Positions 1-9,426 of a DNA stretch of 33,944 nt are shown piece by piece (within the stretch, counting starts at the first letter, position 1; each line of letters starts with the position of its first letter). The stretch spans positions 1 through 33,944 of the forward strand of contig DAHVPA010000001.1 in NCBI GenBank assembly GCA_027318525.1, in the 5' to 3' direction. Under the pieces are notes generated by a model that ran no database searches, was not told the DNA's origin, and saw nothing but the letters and a program-made list of their open reading frames with translations. The translations under genes and the position numbers were made by a program. Source of the DNA: Candidatus Cloacimonadota bacterium. GTDB lineage: Bacteria; Cloacimonadota; Cloacimonadia; Cloacimonadales; Cloacimonadaceae.

Positions 1-1748
1 TAATAATATACTTTTATCTATCGGCATATTTATTAAGCAGTTGGAAGGTGCTATATAATGCAATACTTAAAGCTTTTAACGGACGCCTTCTGGACGAACA
101 TTTCCTGATGGCGATAGCATCAATCGGTGCGATTTATCTGGGGGAGTATCCGGAAGCAGTAGCCGTTATGGTCCTCTATGAAATCGGGCAGTTCTTTGAA
201 AACAAAGCAGTGGATAAATCCCGCCGCTCCATAGAAAATCTGCTAAAGCTCAAACCTGATGTGGTGCATCAGTTCATCAACGAAAAAACCGACGATGTCC
301 TGATTGGAGATATTGAGGCAGGTAACGAAATTGCCGTTCTGCCGGGAGAAAGAATCCCGCTGGATGGAATCGTAGTCAATGGACAGTCCTCACTGGATAC
401 ATCCGCCCTCACCGGTGAAGCCTTGCCAGTCGCGGTGGAAACCGGGGCACAGGTGCTCTCCGGAGTTATGAACCTGACCGGCAGACTTATCATCAAGGTA
501 ATTTCCACCGATGCGGAAAGCACAGTAACTCGCATCCTGAAACTGGTGGAACAGGCAACCCAGAAGAAAAGCAGGACAGAACGCTTCATCACACGTTTTG
601 CCCGCAAATACACCCCGGCTGTGGTCTTTCTCGCCATCCTGATTGCATTTATCATGCCTGTGCTGACAGGAAACCCGTTTGATGTCTGGTTCAGACGTGC
701 ACTCATCTTTCTGATTATCTCATGTCCGTGCGCACTCATTATTTCCATACCCCTGACCAATTACGCTGCCATCGGTGCCGCTGCACGCAAGGGAATCCTG
801 CTCAAGGGCAGCAACTTCCTTGATGCTTTGGCAAGGGCTACGACATTTGTCTATGACAAGACAGGAACCCTGACCACAGGCAAACTGACCATTAAGGATA
901 TTTATCCTGTGCAAAGCGTCACGGAAGAACAGGTTGCCATTGCAGCCCTGACCTGTGAGGAGAGTTCCTCTCATCCGCTTGCCAAGGCAATTAAGCAGAA
1001 ATTCGCTGAAACTTTATCCATTGCGCCGGCTTTGATGCATCAGGAGTTTCACGGGCGTGGAGTTAAGACCCAGACTTCCACAACGCAGTATCTGGCAGGC
1101 AGCAGGGCGTTTTTGAACGACATGGACGTTACCAACCTACCGGCAGAGCCTCTGGAGACCTGTATCTTCCTGGCAGAGAAAAATAAATGCTTGGGCTATA
1201 TCACTTTTTCAGATGAAATCCGCCAGTCTTTCCCTGAGGTTGTCAAAAAGCTGCGCCGGCTCGGCATCCGCAAACAAATCATGCTTACAGGCGACCATGC
1301 TGAACAGGCAAAACACGTGGCGGACTATCTGAAGCTGGATAAATACTATGCGCGCCTGCTACCTGACCAAAAAATGAAAGAGCTGGAAGCAATCGAACAG
1401 TCACAAAAAAGCCCGGTGGCATTCATCGGTGACGGATTGAACGATGCGCCTGTCATAACGAGGGCAGAGATTGGGATCGTCATGGGTGCCATTGGCAACC
1501 AGGCAGCCATTGAAGCAGCAGATGTAGTCCTTATGCAGGACGACCCGCAGCAGTTGCTGACAGCAGTCATGATGTCACGCAAGACCAAAGCAATCATGTG
1601 GCAAAATATCTTTCTCGCATTGGGTATCAAGCTGGCAGTCATGACTTTGGGAACTATGGGACTGGCAAATCTTTGGGAGGCTGTTATTGCCGATGTGGGC
1701 GTAACCCTTCTGGCTGTTGGAAATTCTTTGCGTTTGCTGCGTAAGTGA
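1..1748 (+). CDS. Heavy-metal translocating P1B-type ATPase (Zn/Cd/Pb type), N-terminus lies outside the window
   Basis: The reading frame is open from the window edge (..IIYFYLSAYLLSSWKVLYNAILKAF..), so the GTG at 48 is not the true start. P-type ATPase hallmarks are present: TGE-type actuator motif (SALTGEALP), membrane CPC (SCPCALIIS), phosphorylation site DKTGTLT, HP motif (SSHPLAKAI) and hinge GDGLNDAP. The C-terminal ADVGVTLLAVGNSLRLL is typical of ZntA/CadA-like pumps. Confidence 0.9.
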   Translation, partial: IIYFYLSAYLLSSWKVLYNAILKAFNGRLLDEHFLMAIASIGAIYLGEYPEAVAVMVLYEIGQFFENKAVDKSRRSIENLLKLKPDVVHQFINEKTDDVLIGDIEAGNEIAVLPGERIPLDGIVVNGQSSLDTSALTGEALPVAVETGAQVLSGVMNLTGRLIIKVISTDAESTVTRILKLVEQATQKKSRTERFITRFARKYTPAVVFLAILIAFIMPVLTGNPFDVWFRRALIFLIISCPCALIISIPLTNYAAIGAAARKGILLKGSNFLDALARATTFVYDKTGTLTTGKLTIKDIYPVQSVTEEQVAIAALTCEESSSHPLAKAIKQKFAETLSIAPALMHQEFHGRGVKTQTSTTQYLAGSRAFLNDMDVTNLPAEPLETCIFLAEKNKCLGYITFSDEIRQSFPEVVKKLRRLGIRKQIMLTGDHAEQAKHVADYLKLDKYYARLLPDQKMKELEAIEQSQKSPVAFIGDGLNDAPVITRAEIGIVMGAIGNQAAIEAADVVLMQDDPQQLLTAVMMSRKTKAIMWQNIFLALGIKLAVMTLGTMGLANLWEAVIADVGVTLLAVGNSLRLLRK

Positions 1749-1814
1749 CGCTCTTATTGACAAAAACCCTGCTTCTCGTTTTAAGGATTGTAAATCAAAA
1801 ATATGGGAGACATT

Positions 1815-3719
1815 ATGTCGCTGAAAATTACTTTACCTGATGCATCTGTTAAGGAATACTCTGCTCCCATCACACCCCTGAAGGTGGCAGAGGAGATCTC
1901 GCCCCGCCTGGCTGACGCTGCAATTGCTGCTGAAGTCAATGGCAAACTGGTTGACCTCGATACAGAAATCACTACCGACGCGAGTCTGACTATACATACA
2001 TTCACCACCGAAACCGGAAAGGAAGTCTATTGGCACAGCACTGCCCACCTGATGGCGCAGGCTGTGAAACAGCTCTTCCCCAAGGTCAAGGTTACCATTG
2101 GTCCAGCCATTGAGCAGGGTTTTTATTACGATTTCGACCGGGATGAAAACTTCACTGATGAGGAACTCATCCAGATCGAAAATAGGATGAAGGAACTCAG
2201 CAGCCAGAACCTACCCTACTCCCGCAAAGAGCTTTCCAAACAGGATGCTGTGGACATCTTTGGCAAGATGGGTGAAAACTATAAACTGGAGCTTCTGGAT
2301 GCCATCCCGGATGGAGACATCATTTCCACCTATACCCAGGGTGATTTTATCGATCTCTGCCGCGGTCCGCACATAATTAACACCGGCAAGATCAAAGCCG
2401 TAAAGCTGCTCAAGACTTCCGGTGCCTACTGGCGCGGCGATGAAAAGAACAAGATGCTCAAACGCATCTATGGCATTAGCTTCCCCACCAATAAAGAGCT
2501 CACCGAATACCTGACCATGCTGGAAGAAGCCAAGAAACGTGACCACCGCAAGTTGGGCAAAGATCTTGACCTCTTTTCCATCGATGACGAAGTCGGTCCA
2601 GGGCTTGTTTTATGGCACCCTAATGGTGCAATGATGCGGCACCTGATTGAGCAATACTGGAAAGAAGCACACCTCAAAAGTGGCTATAAACTTGTTTACT
2701 CGCCACATATCGGGCGCGCTCATCTCTGGCAGACCAGCGGTCACCTCGGATACTATAATGAAAACATGTATGCACCAATGGATATTGATGGTCAGGAGTA
2801 TTATCTTAAGCCGATGAACTGTCCTTTCCATATTGCTATATACAAATCTAACCTCCGCAGTTACAGGGAGCTTCCACTCCGGCTGGCTGAGCTTGGCACC
2901 GTTTACCGTTATGAACGTTCAGGTGTTCTGCACGGACTGATGCGCGTGCGTGGATTTACTCAGGACGATGCGCATATTATCTGCACTGCTGAGCAACTCA
3001 AGGATGAAGTGGAGAAGTTGCTAGTCTTCTCGATGGATATGCTTAAGCACTTCGGTTTTGAGAACTTCCAGGTATATCTTTCCACCAAACCGGACAACCC
3101 GGTTGGTGACGACAAGGACTGGGAAATGGCTACTGAAAGTCTGCGCGAATCTCTCGAAAAGTTGAACATATCTTATGATGTGGATGAGGGTGGCGGAGCT
3201 TTTTACGGTCCTAAGATTGATATAAAGATCAAGGATGCGTTGAACCGTGCCTGGCAATGCACCACAATCCAGTTCGACTTCAATGAGCCCTTCCGGTTTA
3301 ACATGGAATACATCGGCGCTGATAACCAGCCGCACAGACCGTTTATGATTCATCGTGCTGTTTTGGGTTCCATGGAGCGCTTTTTTGGAACTCTGCTGGA
3401 ATACCACGCCGGCAATATGCCGCTCTGGTTATGTCCAGTGCAGGTCATGGTTTTGCCTATCACAGATTCTCAGATGGATTATGCCCGCAAGGTCACCGAG
3501 AACCTCCTCTCACAGGGCATCCGCGCTGAATATGATTTCCGAAGCGAAAAAATCGGTTATAAGATTCGTGAAGCTGAGATTAAGAAAATACCCTTTATGT
3601 GCATAGTCGGCAAGAATGAAGTGGAGAATGAGCAAGTTACCCTGCGCCGTCATACAGTCGGTGACCTTGGTGCTATGACTCTGGATGCAGCTATCAGCAA
3701 AATACAATCTGAACATTGA
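1815..3719 (+). CDS. thrS: Threonine--tRNA ligase (ThrRS)
   Basis: Full-length class II aaRS with an N-terminal TGS-like start (MSLKITLPDASVKEY, compare E. coli MPVITLPDG), WHSTAHLMAQAV, HRKLGKDLDLF, LAELGTVYRYERSG and GFTQDDAHIIC, followed by an anticodon-binding C-terminus. A GGGAGA SD lies 5 nt before ATG 1815. The in-frame ATG at 1803 is the alternative start. Confidence 0.95.
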   Translation: MSLKITLPDASVKEYSAPITPLKVAEEISPRLADAAIAAEVNGKLVDLDTEITTDASLTIHTFTTETGKEVYWHSTAHLMAQAVKQLFPKVKVTIGPAIEQGFYYDFDRDENFTDEELIQIENRMKELSSQNLPYSRKELSKQDAVDIFGKMGENYKLELLDAIPDGDIISTYTQGDFIDLCRGPHIINTGKIKAVKLLKTSGAYWRGDEKNKMLKRIYGISFPTNKELTEYLTMLEEAKKRDHRKLGKDLDLFSIDDEVGPGLVLWHPNGAMMRHLIEQYWKEAHLKSGYKLVYSPHIGRAHLWQTSGHLGYYNENMYAPMDIDGQEYYLKPMNCPFHIAIYKSNLRSYRELPLRLAELGTVYRYERSGVLHGLMRVRGFTQDDAHIICTAEQLKDEVEKLLVFSMDMLKHFGFENFQVYLSTKPDNPVGDDKDWEMATESLRESLEKLNISYDVDEGGGAFYGPKIDIKIKDALNRAWQCTTIQFDFNEPFRFNMEYIGADNQPHRPFMIHRAVLGSMERFFGTLLEYHAGNMPLWLCPVQVMVLPITDSQMDYARKVTENLLSQGIRAEYDFRSEKIGYKIREAEIKKIPFMCIVGKNEVENEQVTLRRHTVGDLGAMTLDAAISKIQSEH

Positions 3720-3721
3720 TT

Positions 3722-4702
3722 ATGAAGATTTCGCAATCCCCTGTTGATATTGTCAGGTATGAGCTCAACATGGCTTCAGAAGCCATAGCTGCGACAGCTG
3801 CTAAGCTTGATACTGATTCTGTTCAAAGAGCTTTTGACCTGATAATAAATTGCAGGGGAAAAGTGGTTGTCGCCGGTTTGGGCAAGACCGGGATAATAGC
3901 ACGTAAAATAGCAGCAACCCTTGCCAGTACAGGAACTACAAGCATTTTTCTGCACGCAGCCGAAGGTGTGCATGGCGACATTGGCATGGTGCAGGACAAC
4001 GATGTGGCAATAGCTGTTTCCTACAGCGGTTCCACCAAGGAATTACTTTCTGTGGTATCGTATTTCAAGTTTATCCATGTTCCTGTCATTGCTATGACTG
4101 GCAACTTGAATTCAGCATTGGCAGAAAGCGCTGATGTAGTGCTGGATTGTTCAGTTCCCAAAGAGAGTGAACCTTTTGGTTTGGTTCCGACTATCAGCAC
4201 AACTGTTACGCTTGCAATAGGTGATGCTCTGGCAGTTGCATTGCTGCAGCACCGTGGTTTTGTTGAGCAGGATTTAGCGCTGTATCATCCTGATGGAACG
4301 ATTGGAAAAAAATTGCTCCTCAGAGTCTGTGATCTTATGCATAGCGGTGATAGTCTCCCAATAGTCGAATCTGCTCAGAACATGACAGAAGTCATTATGG
4401 TGATGACAGGGAAAAAGCTTGGATGCACAGCAGTAGTTGATTTATCAGGATACCTGGTTGGAATGATTACTGATGGAGACCTCAGACGCCAACTGCAACA
4501 AAAACAGAACAAGCTTTTAGACTATACTGCCGAAGATTGCATGACTCCCCATCCCAAACACACCAATCCGGAAGTTCTAGCCGTTGCTGCTTTGACCTTT
4601 ATGGAAAGCCATAAGATTACAATGCTGCCTGTTGTCGATTCCGAGAATAAACCGGTGGGCATGTTACATATGCATGATTTAATCCAAGCTGGTATCATCT
4701 GA
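3722..4702 (+). CDS. kdsD: Arabinose-5-phosphate isomerase (KpsF/GutQ/KdsD family; SIS domain + tandem CBS)
   Basis: GKVVVAGLGKTGIIARKIAATLASTGTTSIFLHAAEGVHGDIGMV closely mirrors the KdsD SIS core. The C-terminal CBS pair includes MTPHP.. and LPVVDSENKPVGMLHMHDL. The ORF opens at TTG 3716, overlapping the thrS stop; ATG 3722 is the more likely start. Confidence 0.85.
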   Translation: MKISQSPVDIVRYELNMASEAIAATAAKLDTDSVQRAFDLIINCRGKVVVAGLGKTGIIARKIAATLASTGTTSIFLHAAEGVHGDIGMVQDNDVAIAVSYSGSTKELLSVVSYFKFIHVPVIAMTGNLNSALAESADVVLDCSVPKESEPFGLVPTISTTVTLAIGDALAVALLQHRGFVEQDLALYHPDGTIGKKLLLRVCDLMHSGDSLPIVESAQNMTEVIMVMTGKKLGCTAVVDLSGYLVGMITDGDLRRQLQQKQNKLLDYTAEDCMTPHPKHTNPEVLAVAALTFMESHKITMLPVVDSENKPVGMLHMHDLIQAGII

Positions 4703-4719
4703 ATAACGCTTTCCCCGGC

Positions 4720-6609
4720 ATGATGCTCTCGGTTACAATCAGTTACCAACCTCCCACAGCATCTGAACATGAAGTCGGTATTGCCGCCGATTTTACTGAT
4801 TGGAAAATCATTCCCATGCAATATAATGATGGAATCTACACCATTTCTTTTCAACTTCCTGCCGGTATTTATCAGTATAAATTGATCGTAGACGGGACCT
4901 GGATGCCTGACCCCATCTCAAGTCAGACTACTCCTGACCCATTTGGCGGACTTAATACCATCTTGATTGTCAATGAACAACCTGAACCTGGTTCTTTGGA
5001 AGAACTGATTTATGCCCGACATCCTCAATTCATTGATGTTGAAGGTTTTGATACTCCGGATTGGGTTAAATCAGGAGTCATCTATCAGATTTTTCCCGAC
5101 CGTTTCTGCAATGGCAATCCCGACAACGACCCTGACTTCAGTGAATGGTATTATGATAACTGTAAAACCCCTCCCGAAAAAGGAACGCACCTCAAAGCCC
5201 ACCACGAGTATTTTCATCTTGTCTCTGACTGGTATGATATTTCAGGCTTGCAGCAAAGCCCTTATCTGGCAAAAGGCAAGCCAGACTGGTGGAGCTTCTA
5301 TGGCGGCGATATTGCAGGTGTTCGTCAGAAGCTTGATTATCTGCTTGACCTGGGCATTAATATCATCTATTTTAATCCCCTTTGGCAAGCTAAATCCAAT
5401 CATAAATATGACGCAGCCGATTTTCAAAAGATAGACCCGCATTTCGCTACTGAAGCTGAGCTCAGGGACTTTGTCTCGCTTTGCCACAACAAAGGAATCC
5501 GCATTGTTTTGGATATTGCTCTCAACCATACAGGTGAAACCTTTTGGGCATTCCGTGACTGTGTGGAGAAAGGTGAGCAAAGCGCATTCTGGAACTGGTA
5601 TGACTGGAAGCAGTGGCCTCTGCCCTCTCCCCTGCCCGAGAACTTCAAACCCAAGGATTATTACCAGTGCTGGTGGGGCGTCAAGGATATGCCTGACCTC
5701 AATTACGACCTTGCCCGTAAACATCCGGAGGAAAATGCTGTCAAAGACATTGCTCAGGCTCAGCCCAACTGGAGCATGGTCAACCACATCCTGACTGCTA
5801 TAGAATGGTGGCTCACCGATATAGACATAGATGGTTTCAGGCTGGATGTTCCGGACGAGGTTCCCTTTTGGTTCTGGCAGCTTTTTCGTGAGAAGGTCAA
5901 AGCCCTCAAGCCTGATGCCTGGCTGGTAGGTGAAGTCTGGACTCATGCAGCAGATTGGGTCTCCTCCTGCTACTTTGATTCTGTCATGAACTATGCACAT
6001 TTCAAAGACCCGGTCCTGGATTACTTTATCAAGGGCAGCATAAATAAAGACACTTTTCTGCAAAGATTGTATTTGGGACTTAAGACCTATCCATTATCTG
6101 CCCTCCATGTTATGATGAACCTGCTGGGCAGTCACGACACCTGGCGCATCGGTGAAATAGCCAAAGACAGACTTCACCTCCTCAAGCTGGCAATCTTTTT
6201 TCAGATGACCTATATTGGCACCCCTCATATCTATTATGGCGACGAAATCGCTATGGGCGGAGGTAAGGATCCGGATAACCGCCGACCCTTTGACTGGCAT
6301 TGGTATAACAACCTCAAAGCCGTTGATCTGCATGATTATTACCGAGAGCTGATAAAGCTCAGAAAAAAACTGAAGATTCTGCAGACCGGACTTATCCTTT
6401 TTACACCCCATCCCCAACTTCTCATCTTTGAACGCTTTAACGATAATGAAAGAGTTATTGCCGTGTTCAATAAATCTGATGTGCAGGTTGTTTACACTCC
6501 TTTGAATAGAACACCTCAGCTATTGTATTCTATCCCAGGCACTAACCTTGAGGTTAGTAACGAATCCATTACTATCAGCGCTTTCAGCGCAGCTCTCCTG
6601 AAAGTCTAA
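4720..6609 (+). CDS. GH13 alpha-amylase-family glycosidase (neopullulanase/cyclomaltodextrinase-like) with N-terminal CBM48/E-set glycogen-binding-like domain
   Basis: The N-terminus (VGIAADFTDWKIIPMQYNDGIYTISFQLPAGIYQYKLIVDGTWMPDP) resembles the AMPK-beta/CBM48 fold. GH13 conserved regions are present: IYQIFPDRF, GGDIAGVRQKLDYLLDLGINIIYFNP, VLDIALNHTG, DGFRLDVPDEV, LVGEVW and LLGSHD. No signal peptide is visible, so the protein is probably cytoplasmic. Confidence 0.85.
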   Translation: MMLSVTISYQPPTASEHEVGIAADFTDWKIIPMQYNDGIYTISFQLPAGIYQYKLIVDGTWMPDPISSQTTPDPFGGLNTILIVNEQPEPGSLEELIYARHPQFIDVEGFDTPDWVKSGVIYQIFPDRFCNGNPDNDPDFSEWYYDNCKTPPEKGTHLKAHHEYFHLVSDWYDISGLQQSPYLAKGKPDWWSFYGGDIAGVRQKLDYLLDLGINIIYFNPLWQAKSNHKYDAADFQKIDPHFATEAELRDFVSLCHNKGIRIVLDIALNHTGETFWAFRDCVEKGEQSAFWNWYDWKQWPLPSPLPENFKPKDYYQCWWGVKDMPDLNYDLARKHPEENAVKDIAQAQPNWSMVNHILTAIEWWLTDIDIDGFRLDVPDEVPFWFWQLFREKVKALKPDAWLVGEVWTHAADWVSSCYFDSVMNYAHFKDPVLDYFIKGSINKDTFLQRLYLGLKTYPLSALHVMMNLLGSHDTWRIGEIAKDRLHLLKLAIFFQMTYIGTPHIYYGDEIAMGGGKDPDNRRPFDWHWYNNLKAVDLHDYYRELIKLRKKLKILQTGLILFTPHPQLLIFERFNDNERVIAVFNKSDVQVVYTPLNRTPQLLYSIPGTNLEVSNESITISAFSAALLKV

Positions 6610-6651
6610 CCATAATTAGCATATCAGTCTTTCATTATCACTGAGCAGGGT

Positions 6652-6690
6652 CCGCAGAGAGTTTGCAGAGACTAAGTCTCTGATAACCCC
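6652..6690 (-). repeat. Intergenic palindromic repeat, copy 1 of 4 (inverted orientation)
   Basis: The reverse complement reads GGGGTTATCAGAGACTTAGTCTCTGCAAACTCTCTGCGG, which aligns with the copies at 18065, 24446 and 29472. Confidence 0.85.
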
Positions 6691-6873
6691 GTTCGAAAGT
6701 CGGCTGCCAATAAAGCAGGATATATTCTCATTCAAGATAATGGTTAGTATGACTTCAATTGGGATATCGCCAAGTTCTAAGATATCTTATTGGGCACAAG
6801 TAATCAAAGCTATAAGACTTCTATATCTGGATATATTTTGCATTTTCAGAATAGACAGAACCAGGTTTTCCGC

Positions 6874-6901
6874 TTGACAGAAATCTGCCGTGTAGATTTA
6901 T
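6874..6901 (+). promoter_or_regulatory. Putative sigma70-type promoter of tRNA-Ala
   Basis: Perfect TTGACA at 6874-6879, followed after about 16 nt by the AT-rich ATTTAT. The tRNA 5' end lies about 14 nt further on. The layout parallels the tRNA-Pro upstream region (TTGACAGA-N9-TGT..ATT). The -10 element is weak. Confidence 0.35.
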
Positions 6902-6914
6902 GGCAAACATGAAC

Positions 6915-6990
6915 GGGGCATTAGCTCAGCTGGGAGAGCGCTTGACTGGCAGTCAAGAGGTCAGCAGTTCGATCCTGCTATGCTCCACCA
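6915..6990 (+). tRNA. tRNA-Ala (anticodon GGC), CCA encoded
   Basis: The sequence GGGGCAT/TA/GCTC-AGCTGGGA-GAGC/G/CTTGA-CTGGCAG-TCAAG/AGGTC/AGCAG-TTCGATC-CTGCT/ATGCTCC/A/CCA folds by hand into a cloverleaf. It has the G3:U70 alanine identity pair and a GGC anticodon. Confidence 0.95.
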
Positions 6991-6995
6991 TTTTC

Positions 6996-7020
6996 AGCCA
7001 CTGGTTAACGGTGGCTTTTT
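6996..7020 (+). terminator. Intrinsic terminator after tRNA-Ala
   Basis: AGCCAC-(loop)-GTGGCT stem, extendable by G-C and wobble pairs, followed by TTTTT. Confidence 0.7.
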
Positions 7021-7039
7021 CATTATGGAGTGAAATATT

Positions 7040-8941
7040 ATGAAAATCCTGAAAGAGAAAGACTTCCAGACTATTGCTGAACAAGCGCTCCAAGCGCGTA
7101 TCAACATCCTGCATATGACAACCCTGTCAGCGTCGGGTCATCCGGGCGGCTCAATGTCTTCAATTGATATTTTGCTTACTCTTTACCACATGCTGAATAT
7201 CGACAGCTCCAATCCCTATATGCCAGAAAGGGATAGAGTAGTAGTCAGCAACGGACATATTTCTCCGGGGGTATATTGCACTCTCGCCCGGATGGGATTT
7301 TTTAACATTGATGATGCCATAGCAGAATTTCGGATGGCCGGCTCCATCTTTGAAGGTCATGTGGAAAGATATGTTCCGGGCGTCGAATGGACAACAGGCA
7401 ATCTGGGTCAGGGTCTATCTGCAGGTTGTGGATTTGCTCTGGCTGGAAGAATAAATCATAAGGATTATCACACCTTTGTCCTGATGGGCGATGGTGAACA
7501 GCAGAAAGGTCAAATCAGCGAAGCGCGTCGTTTTGCTGCCAAATACAACCTGCATAAACTAACAGCAATAATAGACTATAATCAGCTACAGATTGGCGGT
7601 TCCATCCATACCGTGATGCCGCAGAATATCAGAGCAGATTGGGAAGCTGATGGTTGGCTTGTCCTGGAAATCAATGGTCACGATTTGCAAGCCATATATG
7701 CATCCATACTTAAAGCATCAATATCTGAGACTCCAGTCATGATTTTGGCGCATACAGTTATGGGCAAGGGTGTCTCCTTTATGGAAAATCAGGCTAAATA
7801 CCATGGTTCTACACTGAAAGCTGAGCAGTTGCAGGAAGCCCTGAATGAATTGGAAGGCGAGAACAGACTCGAATATTATAAACAACTGAGAGAGAAAAAG
7901 AGCAGATCAGCGAAAGCCAAAGGCAATGAATTACCTAAGCTGATGCCGGGATTCAATTTGGGTCAACCCAAGGTTTATGCTGAACGAACTGATAATCGAA
8001 GCGCTTGGGGTAAAGCTATTGCCGATCTTGCAGCTATAAATGCAAATAGTAAAACTCCAATCGTCGTGTTTGACTGTGACTTACAAGGCAGCGTAAAAAC
8101 AAATGACTTTGAAAAAGTATGTCCAGACCACTTTATCCAAGGTGGAATCATGGAACAGAATACTGCCGTTGCTGCAGGAGCCATGTCCACCTGTGGAATC
8201 TCCACCTGGTGGGCAGATTTTGGCATGTTCGGGATTGACGAAGTATACAATGCCCAGCGCTTGAATGACATCAACCATGCCAACCTCAAGGTGGTCACAA
8301 CCCACGTTGGCATTGACGTAGGTGAAGATGGCAGAACTCACCAGTGCATAGACTACATCGGTCTGGCACGCAATCTCTTTCATTTCAAATTAATCTGTCC
8401 GGCAGACCCTAATCAGACAGATAGAGCAATCCGCTGGGCATCTAATCAGCCCGGTAATATTCTCATTACAATGGGACGCTCTGTGCTGCCAATCATTACG
8501 GGAGAAGGTAATGCACCTTATTATGATACCGATTACAGATTCGAATACGGAAAGGCAGACCTTTTGCGCCAAGGAGAAAAAGTTGCTGTAATAGTAACAG
8601 GAACTCCAGTGGGCAGAGTCCTCCAGGCTGTAGATAAACTAAAAGAAAGCGACATCAATGCTGCCCTTTGGTATGTATCATCACCGTTGGCAATAGACCG
8701 CAACATGATTGCAGAAGCTGCTCTATGCGGGACAATCGTCACTGTGGAAGACCACAATGTTAATAGCGGGTTGGGAACTATAATCGCTAATGAACTTAAT
8801 GAAAACCAGTTGCACTGCAAGCTGGAAAAACTTGGAGTAAGGGAATATCCCATCTCCGGAAGTTCTGATGATGTATACAAATGGGCTGGGCTTGATGTTG
8901 ATGCTCTTATGTCAGTTATTAGGAAAGCTTATCATGTATAA
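7040..8941 (+). CDS. tkt: Transketolase (single polypeptide carrying the TPP-binding, pyrimidine-binding and C-terminal domains)
   Basis: GHPGGSMSSIDILLTLYH, GNLGQGLSAG and the TPP motif GDGEQQKGQISEARRFAAKYNLHKLTAIIDYNQLQIGG. The central Pyr domain includes GIMEQNTAVAAGAM. A GGAG SD lies upstream of the ATG. Confidence 0.9.
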   Translation: MKILKEKDFQTIAEQALQARINILHMTTLSASGHPGGSMSSIDILLTLYHMLNIDSSNPYMPERDRVVVSNGHISPGVYCTLARMGFFNIDDAIAEFRMAGSIFEGHVERYVPGVEWTTGNLGQGLSAGCGFALAGRINHKDYHTFVLMGDGEQQKGQISEARRFAAKYNLHKLTAIIDYNQLQIGGSIHTVMPQNIRADWEADGWLVLEINGHDLQAIYASILKASISETPVMILAHTVMGKGVSFMENQAKYHGSTLKAEQLQEALNELEGENRLEYYKQLREKKSRSAKAKGNELPKLMPGFNLGQPKVYAERTDNRSAWGKAIADLAAINANSKTPIVVFDCDLQGSVKTNDFEKVCPDHFIQGGIMEQNTAVAAGAMSTCGISTWWADFGMFGIDEVYNAQRLNDINHANLKVVTTHVGIDVGEDGRTHQCIDYIGLARNLFHFKLICPADPNQTDRAIRWASNQPGNILITMGRSVLPIITGEGNAPYYDTDYRFEYGKADLLRQGEKVAVIVTGTPVGRVLQAVDKLKESDINAALWYVSSPLAIDRNMIAEAALCGTIVTVEDHNVNSGLGTIIANELNENQLHCKLEKLGVREYPISGSSDDVYKWAGLDVDALMSVIRKAYHV

Positions 8942-9030
8942 AATACCAATCGACATTTGCAAAATCATATTGACGAAATGAGCAACAAAAAGTTTTATAT
9001 ATAATATTAGGAAAATATAGGAGCAGCCTG

Positions 9031-9417
9031 ATGAAAAAGTATCTGAAGACATTTTCTGACAAATGCATCGCTTGCCGCATATGTGAAAGCACATGTTCAA
9101 ATTTATATTACAAAGAAAACAATGCGGAAAAATCATGTATCCGCATAATGGAAAACGCTTCCGGAAATGCTATCAACGTCTGCAACCAATGCCAGACCTG
9201 TGTAGCAGTCTGCCCCACTCTTGCTATCAAAGTTAATGCCCAAGGTGTGGTCATGATAGATAAATCCCTTTGCATTGGAAGTTACATGTGCGTGGCAGCC
9301 TGCCCTACTCAATCGATGCACAGACACAAAGATCTGCTCAACCCCTTCAAATGCATATCCTGCGGTGCTTGCGCCAAGAACTGCCCCACCGAAGCCATTC
9401 AGATTGTTACGGAATAA
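9031..9417 (+). CDS. Polyferredoxin-like 4Fe-4S protein, probable electron-transfer partner of AOR
   Basis: There are four Cys clusters: CIACRICESTC, CNQCQTCVAVCP, CIGSYMCVAACP (lacking one Cys) and CISCGACAKNCP. A GGAG SD is present. The gene ends 9 nt before the AOR start. Confidence 0.85.
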   Translation: MKKYLKTFSDKCIACRICESTCSNLYYKENNAEKSCIRIMENASGNAINVCNQCQTCVAVCPTLAIKVNAQGVVMIDKSLCIGSYMCVAACPTQSMHRHKDLLNPFKCISCGACAKNCPTEAIQIVTE

Positions 9418-9426
9418 GGAGTAAAA

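Noticed and set aside
1749-1814. T-box or other leader or attenuator upstream of thrS.
   Set aside because: Only about 65 nt are available. There is no specifier or antiterminator-like structure; I see just a TTGACA box and an SD.
5242-6063. 273-aa ORF antisense to the GH13 gene. Similar long antisense ORFs lie at 269-760, 11283-11789, 19584-20042, 25100-25588 and 25685-26230.
   Set aside because: Each lies entirely within or opposite a gene with strong family motifs. They have no SD, low-complexity or odd composition, and no recognisable domains. They are shadow ORFs.
6679-6702. Hammerhead-ribozyme-like string CUGAUAA...CGAAAGUC next to repeat copy 1.
   Set aside because: The core would need CUGAnGA, but position 8 is A here. 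The sequence between the two boxes cannot form stem II. The resemblance is coincidental.
6718-6839. Direct repeat GGATATATT(C/T)T at 6718 and 6829, and the 10-bp palindrome AAGATATCTT at 6779-6788, in the spacer upstream of tRNA-Ala.
   Set aside because: These are short AT-rich matches that could arise by chance in a 300-nt AT-rich spacer. They form no coherent structure or recognisable RNA. They are noted only in case an Rfam scan gives a hit.
8942-9030. Moco/Wco riboswitch upstream of the ferredoxin-AOR operon.
   Set aside because: The spacer is about 89 nt and very AT-rich. That is too short and unstructured for the ~130-150-nt Moco RNA motif.
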